From the NCBI GenBank assembly GCA_937901335.1, contig CALCHC010000018.1:5-64004 (forward strand): DNA of 64,000 nucleotides, given 5' to 3'. Positions 28,338 through 37,162 of this stretch are shown here, piece by piece (the first letter of the stretch is position 1; every line of letters starts with the position of its first letter). The translations under genes were made by a program, and so were the position numbers. Below the pieces are notes generated by a model. That model saw only the letters and a program-made list of their open reading frames with translations, was not told the origin of the DNA and ran no database searches. Source of the stretch: an uncultured Phascolarctobacterium sp. GTDB lineage: Bacteria; Bacillota; Negativicutes; Acidaminococcales; Acidaminococcaceae.

Positions 28338-29099
28338 ATGAATGACAATAACTCTTTAGAAATGGATAAAGCACTGGATAAATCTGCCTTTTACGAAGGC
28401 TTACGCGACGGCATTCCCATTGGGCTTGGCTATTTTGCCGTAGCCTTTTCCCTTGGCATTGCTTATCGCAACGCAGGAATTACTGCTTTCCAAGGCTTCT
28501 TAACGAGTATAACCAACGCAACCAGTGCTGGACAATTTGCAGCGGTATCCATAATTGCAGGCAATGCTTCCTACTTTGAAATGGCATTAACCACACTCAT
28601 CATCAACGCTCGTTACTTTTTGATGAGTGCTGCTTTGAGTCAAAAGCTTTCTCCTAAAATGCCTTTTTTCCATCGCTTTATCTTCGGTGCTGCCGTAACG
28701 GACGAACTCTTTGGTATTAATATTGGTCGTCCCGGTTACTTGAACCCTTACTATTATTACGGAGCAGCTCTCGCCGCCGTCCCCAGTTGGGCTACAGGTA
28801 CAGCAGTTGGCATTATCGCAGGCAATATGTTACCATCCCGCATCGTTAGTGCCCTTGCCGTTGCTCTCTACGGAATGTTCCTAGCAGTAATCATTCCCCC
28901 TGCTCGTAAGCACAAGATTATTTTCGCACTGGTGCTTTGCAGTTTCATTGCCAGCCTTGTTGCTAATCTTTGGGCTCCTTTAGCTGAACTTTCTGGTGGC
29001 ACACGCATCATCGTCTTGACGGTAACCATCTCTGCTATAGCAGCTTACTTCTTCCCCGCTGACGAACATTGCAAGGAGGTAAATGCTGATGAAAAATAA
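28338..29099 (+). CDS. azlC: AzlC-family branched-chain amino acid exporter subunit
   Basis: 253-aa polytopic ORF; the N-terminal region ...GLRDGIPIGLGYFAVAFSLGI... is typical of AzlC. It is followed by an overlapping azlD-like gene. Confidence 0.8.
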   Translation: MNDNNSLEMDKALDKSAFYEGLRDGIPIGLGYFAVAFSLGIAYRNAGITAFQGFLTSITNATSAGQFAAVSIIAGNASYFEMALTTLIINARYFLMSAALSQKLSPKMPFFHRFIFGAAVTDELFGINIGRPGYLNPYYYYGAALAAVPSWATGTAVGIIAGNMLPSRIVSALAVALYGMFLAVIIPPARKHKIIFALVLCSFIASLVANLWAPLAELSGGTRIIVLTVTISAIAAYFFPADEHCKEVNADEK

Positions 29100-29400
29100 T
29101 ATTTACATCTACATTGCCGTTATGGCACTTACCACTTACCTCATCCGCGTACTTCCTTTGACCATTATTCGTAAGCAAATTCAAAACCGTTTCATAAAAT
29201 CTTTCTTATACTACGTTCCCTATGTAACCCTTGCGGTTATGACTTTCCCTGCCATAGTCAATGATACCCAAACTCCCATCTCCGGCGGTTTGGCTTTAGT
29301 CCTTGGCATTATCGCAGCTTGGAAAGGTTTAAGCCTCATTAACGTAGCAGCTTGCTGTTGCGCATTAGTCTTCGTAGTAGAATACTTCTTAATTCCATAA
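29083..29400 (+). CDS. azlD: AzlD-family branched-chain amino acid exporter small subunit
   Basis: 105-aa hydrophobic ORF overlapping the azlC 3' end by 17 nt. Confidence 0.75.
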   Translation: MLMKNNIYIYIAVMALTTYLIRVLPLTIIRKQIQNRFIKSFLYYVPYVTLAVMTFPAIVNDTQTPISGGLALVLGIIAAWKGLSLINVAACCCALVFVVEYFLIP

Positions 29401-29403
29401 GTT

Positions 29404-29438
29404 AATGCGTTCTCAAAATTGGGAACGCATTTTTATTT
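29404..29438 (+). terminator. Terminator after azlD
   Basis: 8-bp stem ATGCGTTC (29405-29412) / GAACGCAT (29423-29430) followed by TTTTTATTT. Confidence 0.7.
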
Positions 29439-29473
29439 CCTTTGCTCAATCCTCGTGATAAAATAAAACTACT

Positions 29474-30979
29474 ATGAAAACCAAACTTCCAACTTACATA
29501 AAAAGCATATTGAATGCGTTAAACCAAAGTGGTTTTGAAGCCTACGTAGTGGGCGGTGCAGTGCGTGACCTGCTCCTTGGAATAGAACCGGGAGATTTTG
29601 ACGTAACCACCAGTGCCCATCCCGAAGAAGTCTTAGAAATTTGCCAAACCCAAAATTGGCGAACCGTAGACAATTTAGGAAACAACTTTGGCTGCGTAAT
29701 CGCAATTGTAGAAGACGTGCCTGTAGAAATTACTACTTTCCGAGGGGAAGCCTACGGTACAGACGCTCACAAGCCTGAACAAGTTTGGTACTGCGATAGT
29801 CTCCGTGAAGATTTAAGTCGTCGCGATTTTACAGTCAACGCTATGGCTCTAGATATTAACGGTAATCTGTACGATTACTTTGGCGGGCAAGAAGATTTAC
29901 AAAATAAAATTCTTCGCACCGTTGGTAAAGCGAAGCTTCGCTACCAAGAAGATGCCTTGCGAATGTTTAGAGCTTGTCGTTTTGTAGCACAACTTGGCTT
30001 CAATTACGAACAGGAAGAAGATTTGCTCCCTGCCTTCGGAATGGAAGACACTCCTTACCGTTTGGAACAGAACTTTAAATTTCCAACAGAACGTTGTGCT
30101 GGACTTTCTCTTGAACGAGTCAAAAAAGAGCTTGATAAAATGCTTATGGGTAAATTCGCAGGCAAAGGCTTGATGTTATTTTTAGCAACAGGTTTAGCGA
30201 ACGCAAGTTGTCGTGTTAAAGAAAATGGTGCTTACACTGAGCTCCCCATCTTACCTGAGCTGGAACACCTTGCAGGCTTACACCAAAATCCACGCTTTCA
30301 TCCTTACGACACTTGGGAGCACACCCTTACTGCCATTGACAACAGTCCCCAAGATTTGGAGATTCGCTGGTCACTGCTCTTACACGATGTTGGTAAAGGT
30401 TTGCCCGATGTACGCAAGCTGAATAAAGAAGGACAACCTTCCGACCACGGTCATGAAGCTAAAAGTGCAGAACTTACAGTGCAAATTATGAAGCGTCTCC
30501 GCTATCCGGATAAGTTCAGTAAATTAGTAACTTGGCTGGTTGCAGAACATATGCGTTTTGCACCAATGCTAATTTCCGGAGAAAAAACCTTGCTCCGTTG
30601 GGTACGTAGTGAAGCAACCAGTGGAACCTTCCGTAATCAAATGGAACTTACCTACGCTTACAAACAATTGGTAGAAGTTTTCCTTGCTGATATGGAAGCA
30701 ACCCACGCTCGTAAAAATCCTACTCTTATGGAAAATGGCAGAGCCTTAGGTGAACAAGTAATAGAACTTGCTCGTGAAAAGATGCCCGTGGCAAATAGCG
30801 ACCTTGCCATCAACGGCAAAGATTTGTTAGAAATTATACCGAAGGAGCAAATAAAAAATGCTCTTTCCTATTTATTAGAACGAGTGCAAAGTGGCAACCT
30901 TCCTAACGAGAAGGAAGCACTCCTTACAGCCATGCAAAAACATTTACAAAAAACACTGAAAGGAAATGACGATGAGTAA
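29474..30979 (+). CDS. cca: CCA-adding tRNA nucleotidyltransferase (PolyA_pol head + HD domain)
   Basis: Nucleotidyltransferase motif GGAVRDLLLG...DFD and an HD motif LLLHDVGKG. 501 aa. Confidence 0.8.
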   Translation: MKTKLPTYIKSILNALNQSGFEAYVVGGAVRDLLLGIEPGDFDVTTSAHPEEVLEICQTQNWRTVDNLGNNFGCVIAIVEDVPVEITTFRGEAYGTDAHKPEQVWYCDSLREDLSRRDFTVNAMALDINGNLYDYFGGQEDLQNKILRTVGKAKLRYQEDALRMFRACRFVAQLGFNYEQEEDLLPAFGMEDTPYRLEQNFKFPTERCAGLSLERVKKELDKMLMGKFAGKGLMLFLATGLANASCRVKENGAYTELPILPELEHLAGLHQNPRFHPYDTWEHTLTAIDNSPQDLEIRWSLLLHDVGKGLPDVRKLNKEGQPSDHGHEAKSAELTVQIMKRLRYPDKFSKLVTWLVAEHMRFAPMLISGEKTLLRWVRSEATSGTFRNQMELTYAYKQLVEVFLADMEATHARKNPTLMENGRALGEQVIELAREKMPVANSDLAINGKDLLEIIPKEQIKNALSYLLERVQSGNLPNEKEALLTAMQKHLQKTLKGNDDE

Positions 30980-31709
30980 AATAAAATCTATTCTTTTAAC
31001 TTTAGGTTGCGTTGCTTTAATGGGCGGCTTGTGGGCAACCCTCAATAGCAACTCTCTTTTCGCTTCCGAAGAAGAACCGGGCGGAGCTAAACAATTTGTT
31101 GGCAAAGTAGATATTAAAAACTCCCCCTACTTCCCGCAACTGGATATCTATAATATGAAATCCAATGAAAATTTAATCATCCTCAGCAACTTTAAAACTC
31201 AACAACAAAACACCGGTTATACCTGTGGTCCCGTAGCAGCAAATATGGTTGTGCAACATTTTAATGGTCAACCTTTGCACAAAGAAATGGAAATCGCCAA
31301 GATTATGGGCACCAACAAATTTAACGGTACAACTACCAAAGAGATGGTTAAATATTTTGACCACATCGGTTGGGAAACAAGATCTTCCGTTAAAAACATC
31401 GCTCCTGAAACTTACGAAGACTTCCTTAAATTTGTTACTACCAATTTAAAAGACAACACTCCCATCATCGTAGAAAATGTTGATTGGGGCGGACATTGGC
31501 GTGTAATCATGGGTTATGATTCCATGGGAACTGCTCATACAGGCGATGACGTTCTCTTTATGGCAGACCCCTTTGATACCTCCGACCATCTTCAAGATGG
31601 CTACAACATCCTCAGTGCAGAACGCTTCTTCTATATGTGGTTCGACCACCAACTTTTCAAAAAAGCAGACCAAAACAAACAATGGTTAATCGCAAAACCT
31701 AAAAAATAG
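30972..31709 (+). CDS. Secreted papain-like cysteine peptidase (Peptidase_C39-like fold)
   Basis: Signal peptide (KIKSILLTLGCVALMGGLWA), candidate nucleophile in NTGYTCGPVA and His in GGHWRVIMGYD. Start at ATG 30972 (AGGA RBS, 7-nt spacer), overlapping the cca stop. Confidence 0.6.
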   Translation: MSKIKSILLTLGCVALMGGLWATLNSNSLFASEEEPGGAKQFVGKVDIKNSPYFPQLDIYNMKSNENLIILSNFKTQQQNTGYTCGPVAANMVVQHFNGQPLHKEMEIAKIMGTNKFNGTTTKEMVKYFDHIGWETRSSVKNIAPETYEDFLKFVTTNLKDNTPIIVENVDWGGHWRVIMGYDSMGTAHTGDDVLFMADPFDTSDHLQDGYNILSAERFFYMWFDHQLFKKADQNKQWLIAKPKK

Positions 31710-31713
31710 CATT

Positions 31714-31757
31714 AAAAAAGCATCTATCTTCTCTCGAAGATAGATGCTTTAATTTTT
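31714..31757. terminator. Bidirectional terminator
   Basis: 12-bp perfect stem GCATCTATCTTC (31720-31731) / GAAGATAGATGC (31736-31747) with loop TCTC, flanked by an A-run and a T-run, between convergent genes. Confidence 0.85.
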
Positions 31758-31760
31758 TAC

Positions 31761-32111
31761 TTACAACCCTTTAGCTTGCCATTCTTTTTCTTTGAAGCCT
31801 GCCAAAACAAACTCCTCAGTTACAATCAACGGACGCTTAACGAGCATACCATCAGTTGCCAAAAGTTGAAGTTGTTCTTCTTCACTCATAGTAGGCAACT
31901 TATCTTTAAGCTTCAACTCTTTATAGAGCAAGCCACTGGTGTTAAAGAAACGTTTTAAGGGCAAACCGCTCAATTTATACCAAGCAGTAAGCTCTTCCAA
32001 AGTAGGCTTGTCTTCTTTAATATGGCGTACAGTAAATTCTACGCCTTTTGCTTGTAAATATTTTTCTGCCTTTTGGCAAGTAGTGCATTTGGGATAACAA
32101 ACAAATAACAT
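31761..32111 (-). CDS. ArsC/Spx/YusI-family thioredoxin-fold protein
   Basis: N-terminal YPKCTTCQKA (CxxC) and the overall ArsC-family pattern. Start at ATG 32111 (GAGGTG RBS, 6-nt spacer). Confidence 0.7.
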   Translation of the reverse strand: MLFVCYPKCTTCQKAEKYLQAKGVEFTVRHIKEDKPTLEELTAWYKLSGLPLKRFFNTSGLLYKELKLKDKLPTMSEEEQLQLLATDGMLVKRPLIVTEEFVLAGFKEKEWQAKGL

Positions 32112-32112
32112 T

Positions 32113-33267
32113 TTATTCACCTCGTTTGCTTAATTCTTCCTGCAAATATTTTTCAGCAGCTTTCAGTTGCACGTCTTCAGTTGCATTTTCAGGAAGTTCC
32201 ACTACAACATCAGGTTCAATACCCACATTGTGGATGGACACACCGGAAGGAGTGTAGTATTTGGCAGTAGTAACTTTGATTGCAGTAGCAGCGTCCAAAC
32301 GATACACGCCTTGTACGCTACCCTTACCAAAGGTTTTAGTACCAAAAAGTTTGCCAGACTTAGTGTCTTTAATTGCGCCTGCAACGATTTCAGAAGCGGA
32401 TGCACTGCCACCGTCAACAAGTACTGCCAAAGGATATTTAATATTGGGCAAATCAGAGTTCTCTACAAATTGACTACCGTCATTATAAATAATGGAAACG
32501 ATAGGACCTTTCGGAACGAACTTCTTAGCAACAGCAACACCGTCATCAAGAACACCACCGGGATTCCCACGCAGGTCAAGAATGGTTGCTTCCATTCCCT
32601 CTTTTTCCAATTTTTCGTAGGCTTTATCAAAATCAACACCGGTTTTTTCGTTGAACATTCCTACACGGATATAACCAATCTTAGAGTCAGGCAACATATT
32701 TGCCCCAACAGATTGAGTTTTAATTTCCTTACGGATAACGCGTACAGTTTTTTCCTTGCCTTCCTTATCAAGAAGCTTCAAGGTAACTTCGGTGTCAATC
32801 TCACCACGAATCTTGGTAGCTACTTCTTCCATGTTCATATCTTTGGTAGCCTTGCCATCAACTTCGATAATCTTATCTCCGCCTTTGATACCAGCCAACG
32901 CACCGGGGTTATCAGGCAACGCAGAGATTACTACGTAATCATCATCGCGTTTACCAAACACAATACCAATGCCCCCAAAGCTACCAATGGTTGCTTCGCT
33001 TAAATCAGCAAAAGCTTTCTTATCTAAATAAACGGTGTAAGGATCATCTAAAGATTTCACCATACCATCGATGGCTCCGTCGAAAAGTTTGGAGTTATCA
33101 ACTTTGCCATCGAAATTATGCTTTATTACATACATAGCACGCAGGAACTTTAAAGTATCTGCTGCGTTGCCTGTTATCTGCTCCATTTGCCAACCTACAA
33201 AACATAAGGTGCCAAATATGGACGCAAGGCAGTAAGCTATGATTTGTAAATTCTTTTTACTAAACAA
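32113..33267 (-). CDS. ctpA: S41 carboxy-terminal processing protease (Ctp)
   Basis: N-terminal TM helix, PDZ domain (GIKGGDKIIEVDG) and S41 catalytic region (RGNPGG, GGSASASEI with Ser, and the downstream Lys). Probable TTG start at 33267 (GGAGG, 8-nt spacer); the ORF-track start is 33291. Confidence 0.85.
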   Translation of the reverse strand: MFSKKNLQIIAYCLASIFGTLCFVGWQMEQITGNAADTLKFLRAMYVIKHNFDGKVDNSKLFDGAIDGMVKSLDDPYTVYLDKKAFADLSEATIGSFGGIGIVFGKRDDDYVVISALPDNPGALAGIKGGDKIIEVDGKATKDMNMEEVATKIRGEIDTEVTLKLLDKEGKEKTVRVIRKEIKTQSVGANMLPDSKIGYIRVGMFNEKTGVDFDKAYEKLEKEGMEATILDLRGNPGGVLDDGVAVAKKFVPKGPIVSIIYNDGSQFVENSDLPNIKYPLAVLVDGGSASASEIVAGAIKDTKSGKLFGTKTFGKGSVQGVYRLDAATAIKVTTAKYYTPSGVSIHNVGIEPDVVVELPENATEDVQLKAAEKYLQEELSKRGE

Positions 33268-33297
33268 TTTCACTGCCTCCGTTAAAATCAAAATACA

Positions 33298-34494
33298 TTA
33301 CATAGGCGGTAAGTAATCCAAAGGCTCAGTCAGCTCGCCGTGCAAGCGTGCTTCAAAGTGACAGTGCGGACCAGTGGACCAACCTGTACTACCTGCATAA
33401 GCTACAACGGTACCTTGTTTTACATATTGACCTTCGTAAACTGCAAGCTCATTGTTATGAGCATACAAACTTACCAAACCTCTACCATGGTCAATCATAA
33501 TGGTATTACCATAACCACCAAGCCAGCCACTGTACACAATGGTGCCATCAGCCGCAGCTTTAATGGGAGTACCGTAGTCAACAGCAATATCCATACCGCT
33601 GTGATATCTGGTTGTACCAAAAATAGGATGGGTACGCCAACCATAGTAAGAAGTAATTTCGCCATAACAAGGCCAAATGAAACGGTGCTTGCTCACTTGC
33701 GGAGTTTGTTCCTGCGCAGGAGGAGCACTGCCAATCATACCATTGGATTCCATTTGACGAATCATGTTAGCAATATTTTCGGAGAGTTCCAACAAGCGTT
33801 CATATTCATATTCAGCTTGTTGCTTCTCTTCGTTTTTCTTATAAAGGATTTGCGCACGTTCTTCACGTACTTCGTTAAGGTCTTGCTTTCTCTCAGCAAG
33901 TTCTCTTTCGTTAACATGAACATCACTAATGCATTCGTCGAGCATTTTTTGACGTTCGTTCATTTCCTTAGTGGATTTTGCTAAACCTTCCAAAAGTGCT
34001 GCGTCTTGATTCAGAACTTTCTTCAACAAATACATACGAGAAGCAAAATCTCTAAAGTCGCTAGCGCCAAGCAATACATCCAAGTAATTTACTTGACCGG
34101 AAATGTAAATATCACGCAAGCGGGTACGAAACACTTTCATATGTTCCGTTTGTTGCTTCTTAGCTTCAGCGAGCTTAGTGGTGTTTTCTTGAATAAGATA
34201 TTCCAACCATTCTCTTCTGCCTTCCAAGTGGTTAACATCACGTTGCACTTGATGCAGACGATACACTGTAGCATTTAAATTATCGCTGGCTCTTTCAGCT
34301 TCGCGCCTAGCTTTAGCTCTGCGCGCTTCCATTTCTTGCATTTGAGTCTGCACTTCGCTGAGCTCTGCCCTTTTGTCATCAACTTGATTAGCAAAGGCAA
34401 CACTGCTTAGCAAAGGAGTTACTGCAAGCCAGCAGGCGATTACGCCCATAAATAAGCGTCTTATCATCATAATCTTCCTGCTCGCCTCCGTCAC
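33298..34494 (-). CDS. M23-family peptidase with N-terminal coiled coil (EnvC-like)
   Basis: Signal/TM segment, about 230 aa of coiled coil, and a C-terminal LytM domain (HSGMDIA ... HCHFE). GTGA overlap with the ftsX stop. Confidence 0.85.
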   Translation of the reverse strand: MTEASRKIMMIRRLFMGVIACWLAVTPLLSSVAFANQVDDKRAELSEVQTQMQEMEARRAKARREAERASDNLNATVYRLHQVQRDVNHLEGRREWLEYLIQENTTKLAEAKKQQTEHMKVFRTRLRDIYISGQVNYLDVLLGASDFRDFASRMYLLKKVLNQDAALLEGLAKSTKEMNERQKMLDECISDVHVNERELAERKQDLNEVREERAQILYKKNEEKQQAEYEYERLLELSENIANMIRQMESNGMIGSAPPAQEQTPQVSKHRFIWPCYGEITSYYGWRTHPIFGTTRYHSGMDIAVDYGTPIKAAADGTIVYSGWLGGYGNTIMIDHGRGLVSLYAHNNELAVYEGQYVKQGTVVAYAGSTGWSTGPHCHFEARLHGELTEPLDYLPPM

Positions 34495-35378
34495 ACACGC
34501 AAAAATTTATGCAAGGAAATGTAACTGCCCAAGGCACCGATGCCAACACCGGCAAGAAGCAAAAAGATAGTCATATAAGTCATTAAAGGTTGAGTAGGTA
34601 ACAAAGGCAGGAATGCCAATGCTTTATGAATAGTTGCCATCATAGAAGCGTAAGAAATGTTGAGCAAAATGTTGGCAATAACTGCACCGAAGAAGCCCAA
34701 AGCCATACCTTCCAACATAAAAGGCCAACGGATGAACCAGTCGGTAGCACCAACATATTTCATGATTTCTACTTCTTTACGACGAGCAAATACAGTCAAA
34801 CGAATAGTGTTGACGATAATAAACAAGGTGGCTGCACCTAAGAACAATGCAATCAAAATGCCACTAAAGCGTAACACACGAATCAGTTGGAACAAATGCT
34901 CAACAACATCTTGACCAAAGCGTGCAGTTTCTACTTTAGGCATCTTAGAAATTTCATCAGTAATACCTTTGATAACGTCAGGATTTTTTACTTGTACGTC
35001 AAAGGAGTTAGGGAACGGATTATCTCCACCCAAGGTTTCTAAGATTTTTTGTTGGTCGCCAAGACGTTCTTTAAAACGTTCCAAAGCTTCCTTTTTAGTG
35101 ATGGCAGTAACTTTAACTACGCCATCCATTTTTTCTAATTTTACTTTGGTAGCATCAAGTTCGTCTTGATTAGCATCATCTTGCATATAAACAGAAACTT
35201 GTACTTGTTTTTCCAAATGCTGTGCCAAATTGTTACTGTTCAAGAACATCAAAAGGAAGATGCCAAAAACCATCAAGGACACTGCCACCGTAGCAATGGA
35301 AGCAATACTCATAAAACCGTTACGACGAATAGATTTATAGGTTTCGCGTACGAAATATTCTTTGGTACTAAAGTTCAT
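34491..35378 (-). CDS. ftsX: Cell-division ABC transporter permease-like protein FtsX
   Basis: Four-TM FtsX topology with a large first extracellular loop. Start placed at ATG 35378 (GGGGTG RBS, 7-nt spacer), overlapping the ftsE stop by 11 nt. Confidence 0.85.
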   Translation of the reverse strand: MNFSTKEYFVRETYKSIRRNGFMSIASIATVAVSLMVFGIFLLMFLNSNNLAQHLEKQVQVSVYMQDDANQDELDATKVKLEKMDGVVKVTAITKKEALERFKERLGDQQKILETLGGDNPFPNSFDVQVKNPDVIKGITDEISKMPKVETARFGQDVVEHLFQLIRVLRFSGILIALFLGAATLFIIVNTIRLTVFARRKEVEIMKYVGATDWFIRWPFMLEGMALGFFGAVIANILLNISYASMMATIHKALAFLPLLPTQPLMTYMTIFLLLAGVGIGALGSYISLHKFLRV

Positions 35379-36054
35379 ATCCGTACACCCCATTCTTTTC
35401 ATCACGTACGATAAAGCCTTTTTCGATGGCAATAACGCGTTTACCCATACCGTCTACAATTTCTTTGTCATGGGTTGCCATAACAATAGTTGTACCGGTT
35501 TCATTGATTTCTTTAAAGATTTCCATAATGTCCCAACTGGTTTCCGGGTCAAGGTTACCGGTAGGTTCGTCTGCAATTACAAGCAAAGGGTCGTTAACAA
35601 TTGCCCGGGCAATAGCCACACGTTGTTGTTCGCCACCACTAAGTTCTCCCGGATAAGCGTTAGCTCGATTGCGCAAGCCAACCAATTCCAAAACGTTCAT
35701 AACTCTGCGTTTAATCTTACGATATGGTGCTTCGATTACTTGCATAGCGAAAGCTACGTTTTCATAAACAGTTCTGTCGGGAAGCAATCTATAATCTTGG
35801 AAGATAATTCCCAATTGACGACGCAAATAGGGAATTTCTTTATCCTGCAAATTAAGAAGGTCTATACCATTAACAAAAATATTACCGGTAGTAGGTAATT
35901 CTTCACGGAACAACATTTTGATGAAAGTGGATTTGCCTGCGCCACTGGGGCCAACTACAAAGACAAATTCACCGGGTGCAATTTGAACATTAACATTTTG
36001 CAAAGCAAGTGCCCCGGTAGGGTAAGCTTTACTAACATCAGACATTACAAGCAC
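35368..36054 (-). CDS. ftsE: Cell-division ATP-binding protein FtsE
   Basis: Walker [10 protein letters not shown], signature LSGGEQQRV and Walker B LVIADEP. GTG start 9 nt after GGGAG. Confidence 0.9.
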   Translation of the reverse strand: MLVMSDVSKAYPTGALALQNVNVQIAPGEFVFVVGPSGAGKSTFIKMLFREELPTTGNIFVNGIDLLNLQDKEIPYLRRQLGIIFQDYRLLPDRTVYENVAFAMQVIEAPYRKIKRRVMNVLELVGLRNRANAYPGELSGGEQQRVAIARAIVNDPLLVIADEPTGNLDPETSWDIMEIFKEINETGTTIVMATHDKEIVDGMGKRVIAIEKGFIVRDEKNGVYGYEL

Positions 36055-36082
36055 AGTCCTAGTCTCCCTTCGCTAATCTTTT

Positions 36083-37162
36083 CTATCTGTTAAGTAATTC
36101 AAAAGCCAGCTGCGAATTTTCTAAAGCCTTTTCACGCAACTGAACTAAGCGTTCATTACTGATATTCTCTAATTTCAAAACATTTTGCGCTGCAACAACT
36201 AAATCTTCAGCAACAAAATTTTCAATGGCACCAATATTAGTACCGTTAACTTCTTTTACGAAGCCATCAATTTTCGGGTCATAAGACAAAGCGATAAAAG
36301 GAACTTCCATTACCGCAGCAAAAATCAAGGCATGCAAGCGCATACCAATCAAAAGGGAAAAGTTACCCATCAATGCCAAGAATTGTTCTGTATCAAAGGC
36401 AGCATCTAAAATTACAGCATCTTCTTTCATAAATTGCTGTAACTTGCGGCAAGCAGTAACATCGGCAGGATATTGCAAGGGCAGAAGCACAATTTGCACA
36501 TTGTTTTGTTCCACCAAAGCATCTGCTGCTTTCGCCATTTCCTGCAAATATTTCTCACTACTTCCCCAACTGCGAACGGAGATAGCAACCAAAGATTTTT
36601 CTTGACTTACATTAAACTTCTTTAACGACTGAAGCCCTTGCTCCTTATCAGCTTGAGCAAGGGTTAAAACAGCATCAGCAGTCAAACGAACTTTATTAGA
36701 AGCAACACCAATACGCTCCAATTCTACTAAAGAATCAGTATCACGCACTGTGATTAAGTCCGCTTTGCCGCATACATATTTTGTCAATTTGCGCAGGATA
36801 CCGGAACGAATAGGCCCAATACCGTGAGCAAAGAGCATAACTTTTTTATTCAGCATTTTGCCAAGCCAAATTATTGCTAAATAATAAAGCAGGCTTTTTT
36901 TGCTGGTAACATCCTGCAAAAGACTACCGCCACCACTTAAAAGCAAGTCGCAGTTGTTGATTGCAGAATAAATTTCTAAAGGACTAAAACGATGAACAGA
37001 GCTTACCTTATGTTTGGAAGCAGTGTTCTGAGGAGCACCGGAGATAACAGTTAAATCTACAGATTCTTCTGCTTGACGCAATGATCTTACGATAGCAGTA
37101 AGCATTGCTTCATCTCCGGCATTGGCAAAGCCATAGTAACCGGAAATTACAATCTTACTCAT
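36083..37162 (-). CDS. csaB: Polysaccharide pyruvyl transferase CsaB
   Basis: 359 aa; the N-terminus MSKIVISGYYGFANAGDEAML matches the CsaB-type pyruvyl transferase signature. Confidence 0.8.
   Translation of the reverse strand: MSKIVISGYYGFANAGDEAMLTAIVRSLRQAEESVDLTVISGAPQNTASKHKVSSVHRFSPLEIYSAINNCDLLLSGGGSLLQDVTSKKSLLYYLAIIWLGKMLNKKVMLFAHGIGPIRSGILRKLTKYVCGKADLITVRDTDSLVELERIGVASNKVRLTADAVLTLAQADKEQGLQSLKKFNVSQEKSLVAISVRSWGSSEKYLQEMAKAADALVEQNNVQIVLLPLQYPADVTACRKLQQFMKEDAVILDAAFDTEQFLALMGNFSLLIGMRLHALIFAAVMEVPFIALSYDPKIDGFVKEVNGTNIGAIENFVAEDLVVAAQNVLKLENISNERLVQLREKALENSQLAFELLNR

Noticed and set aside
35368-35432. 65-nt ftsE/ftsX overlap implied by the ORF track.
   Set aside because: An internal ATG at 35378 with a GGGGTG RBS gives the conserved FtsX N-terminus ([12 protein letters not shown]...). 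The overlap becomes 11 nt.
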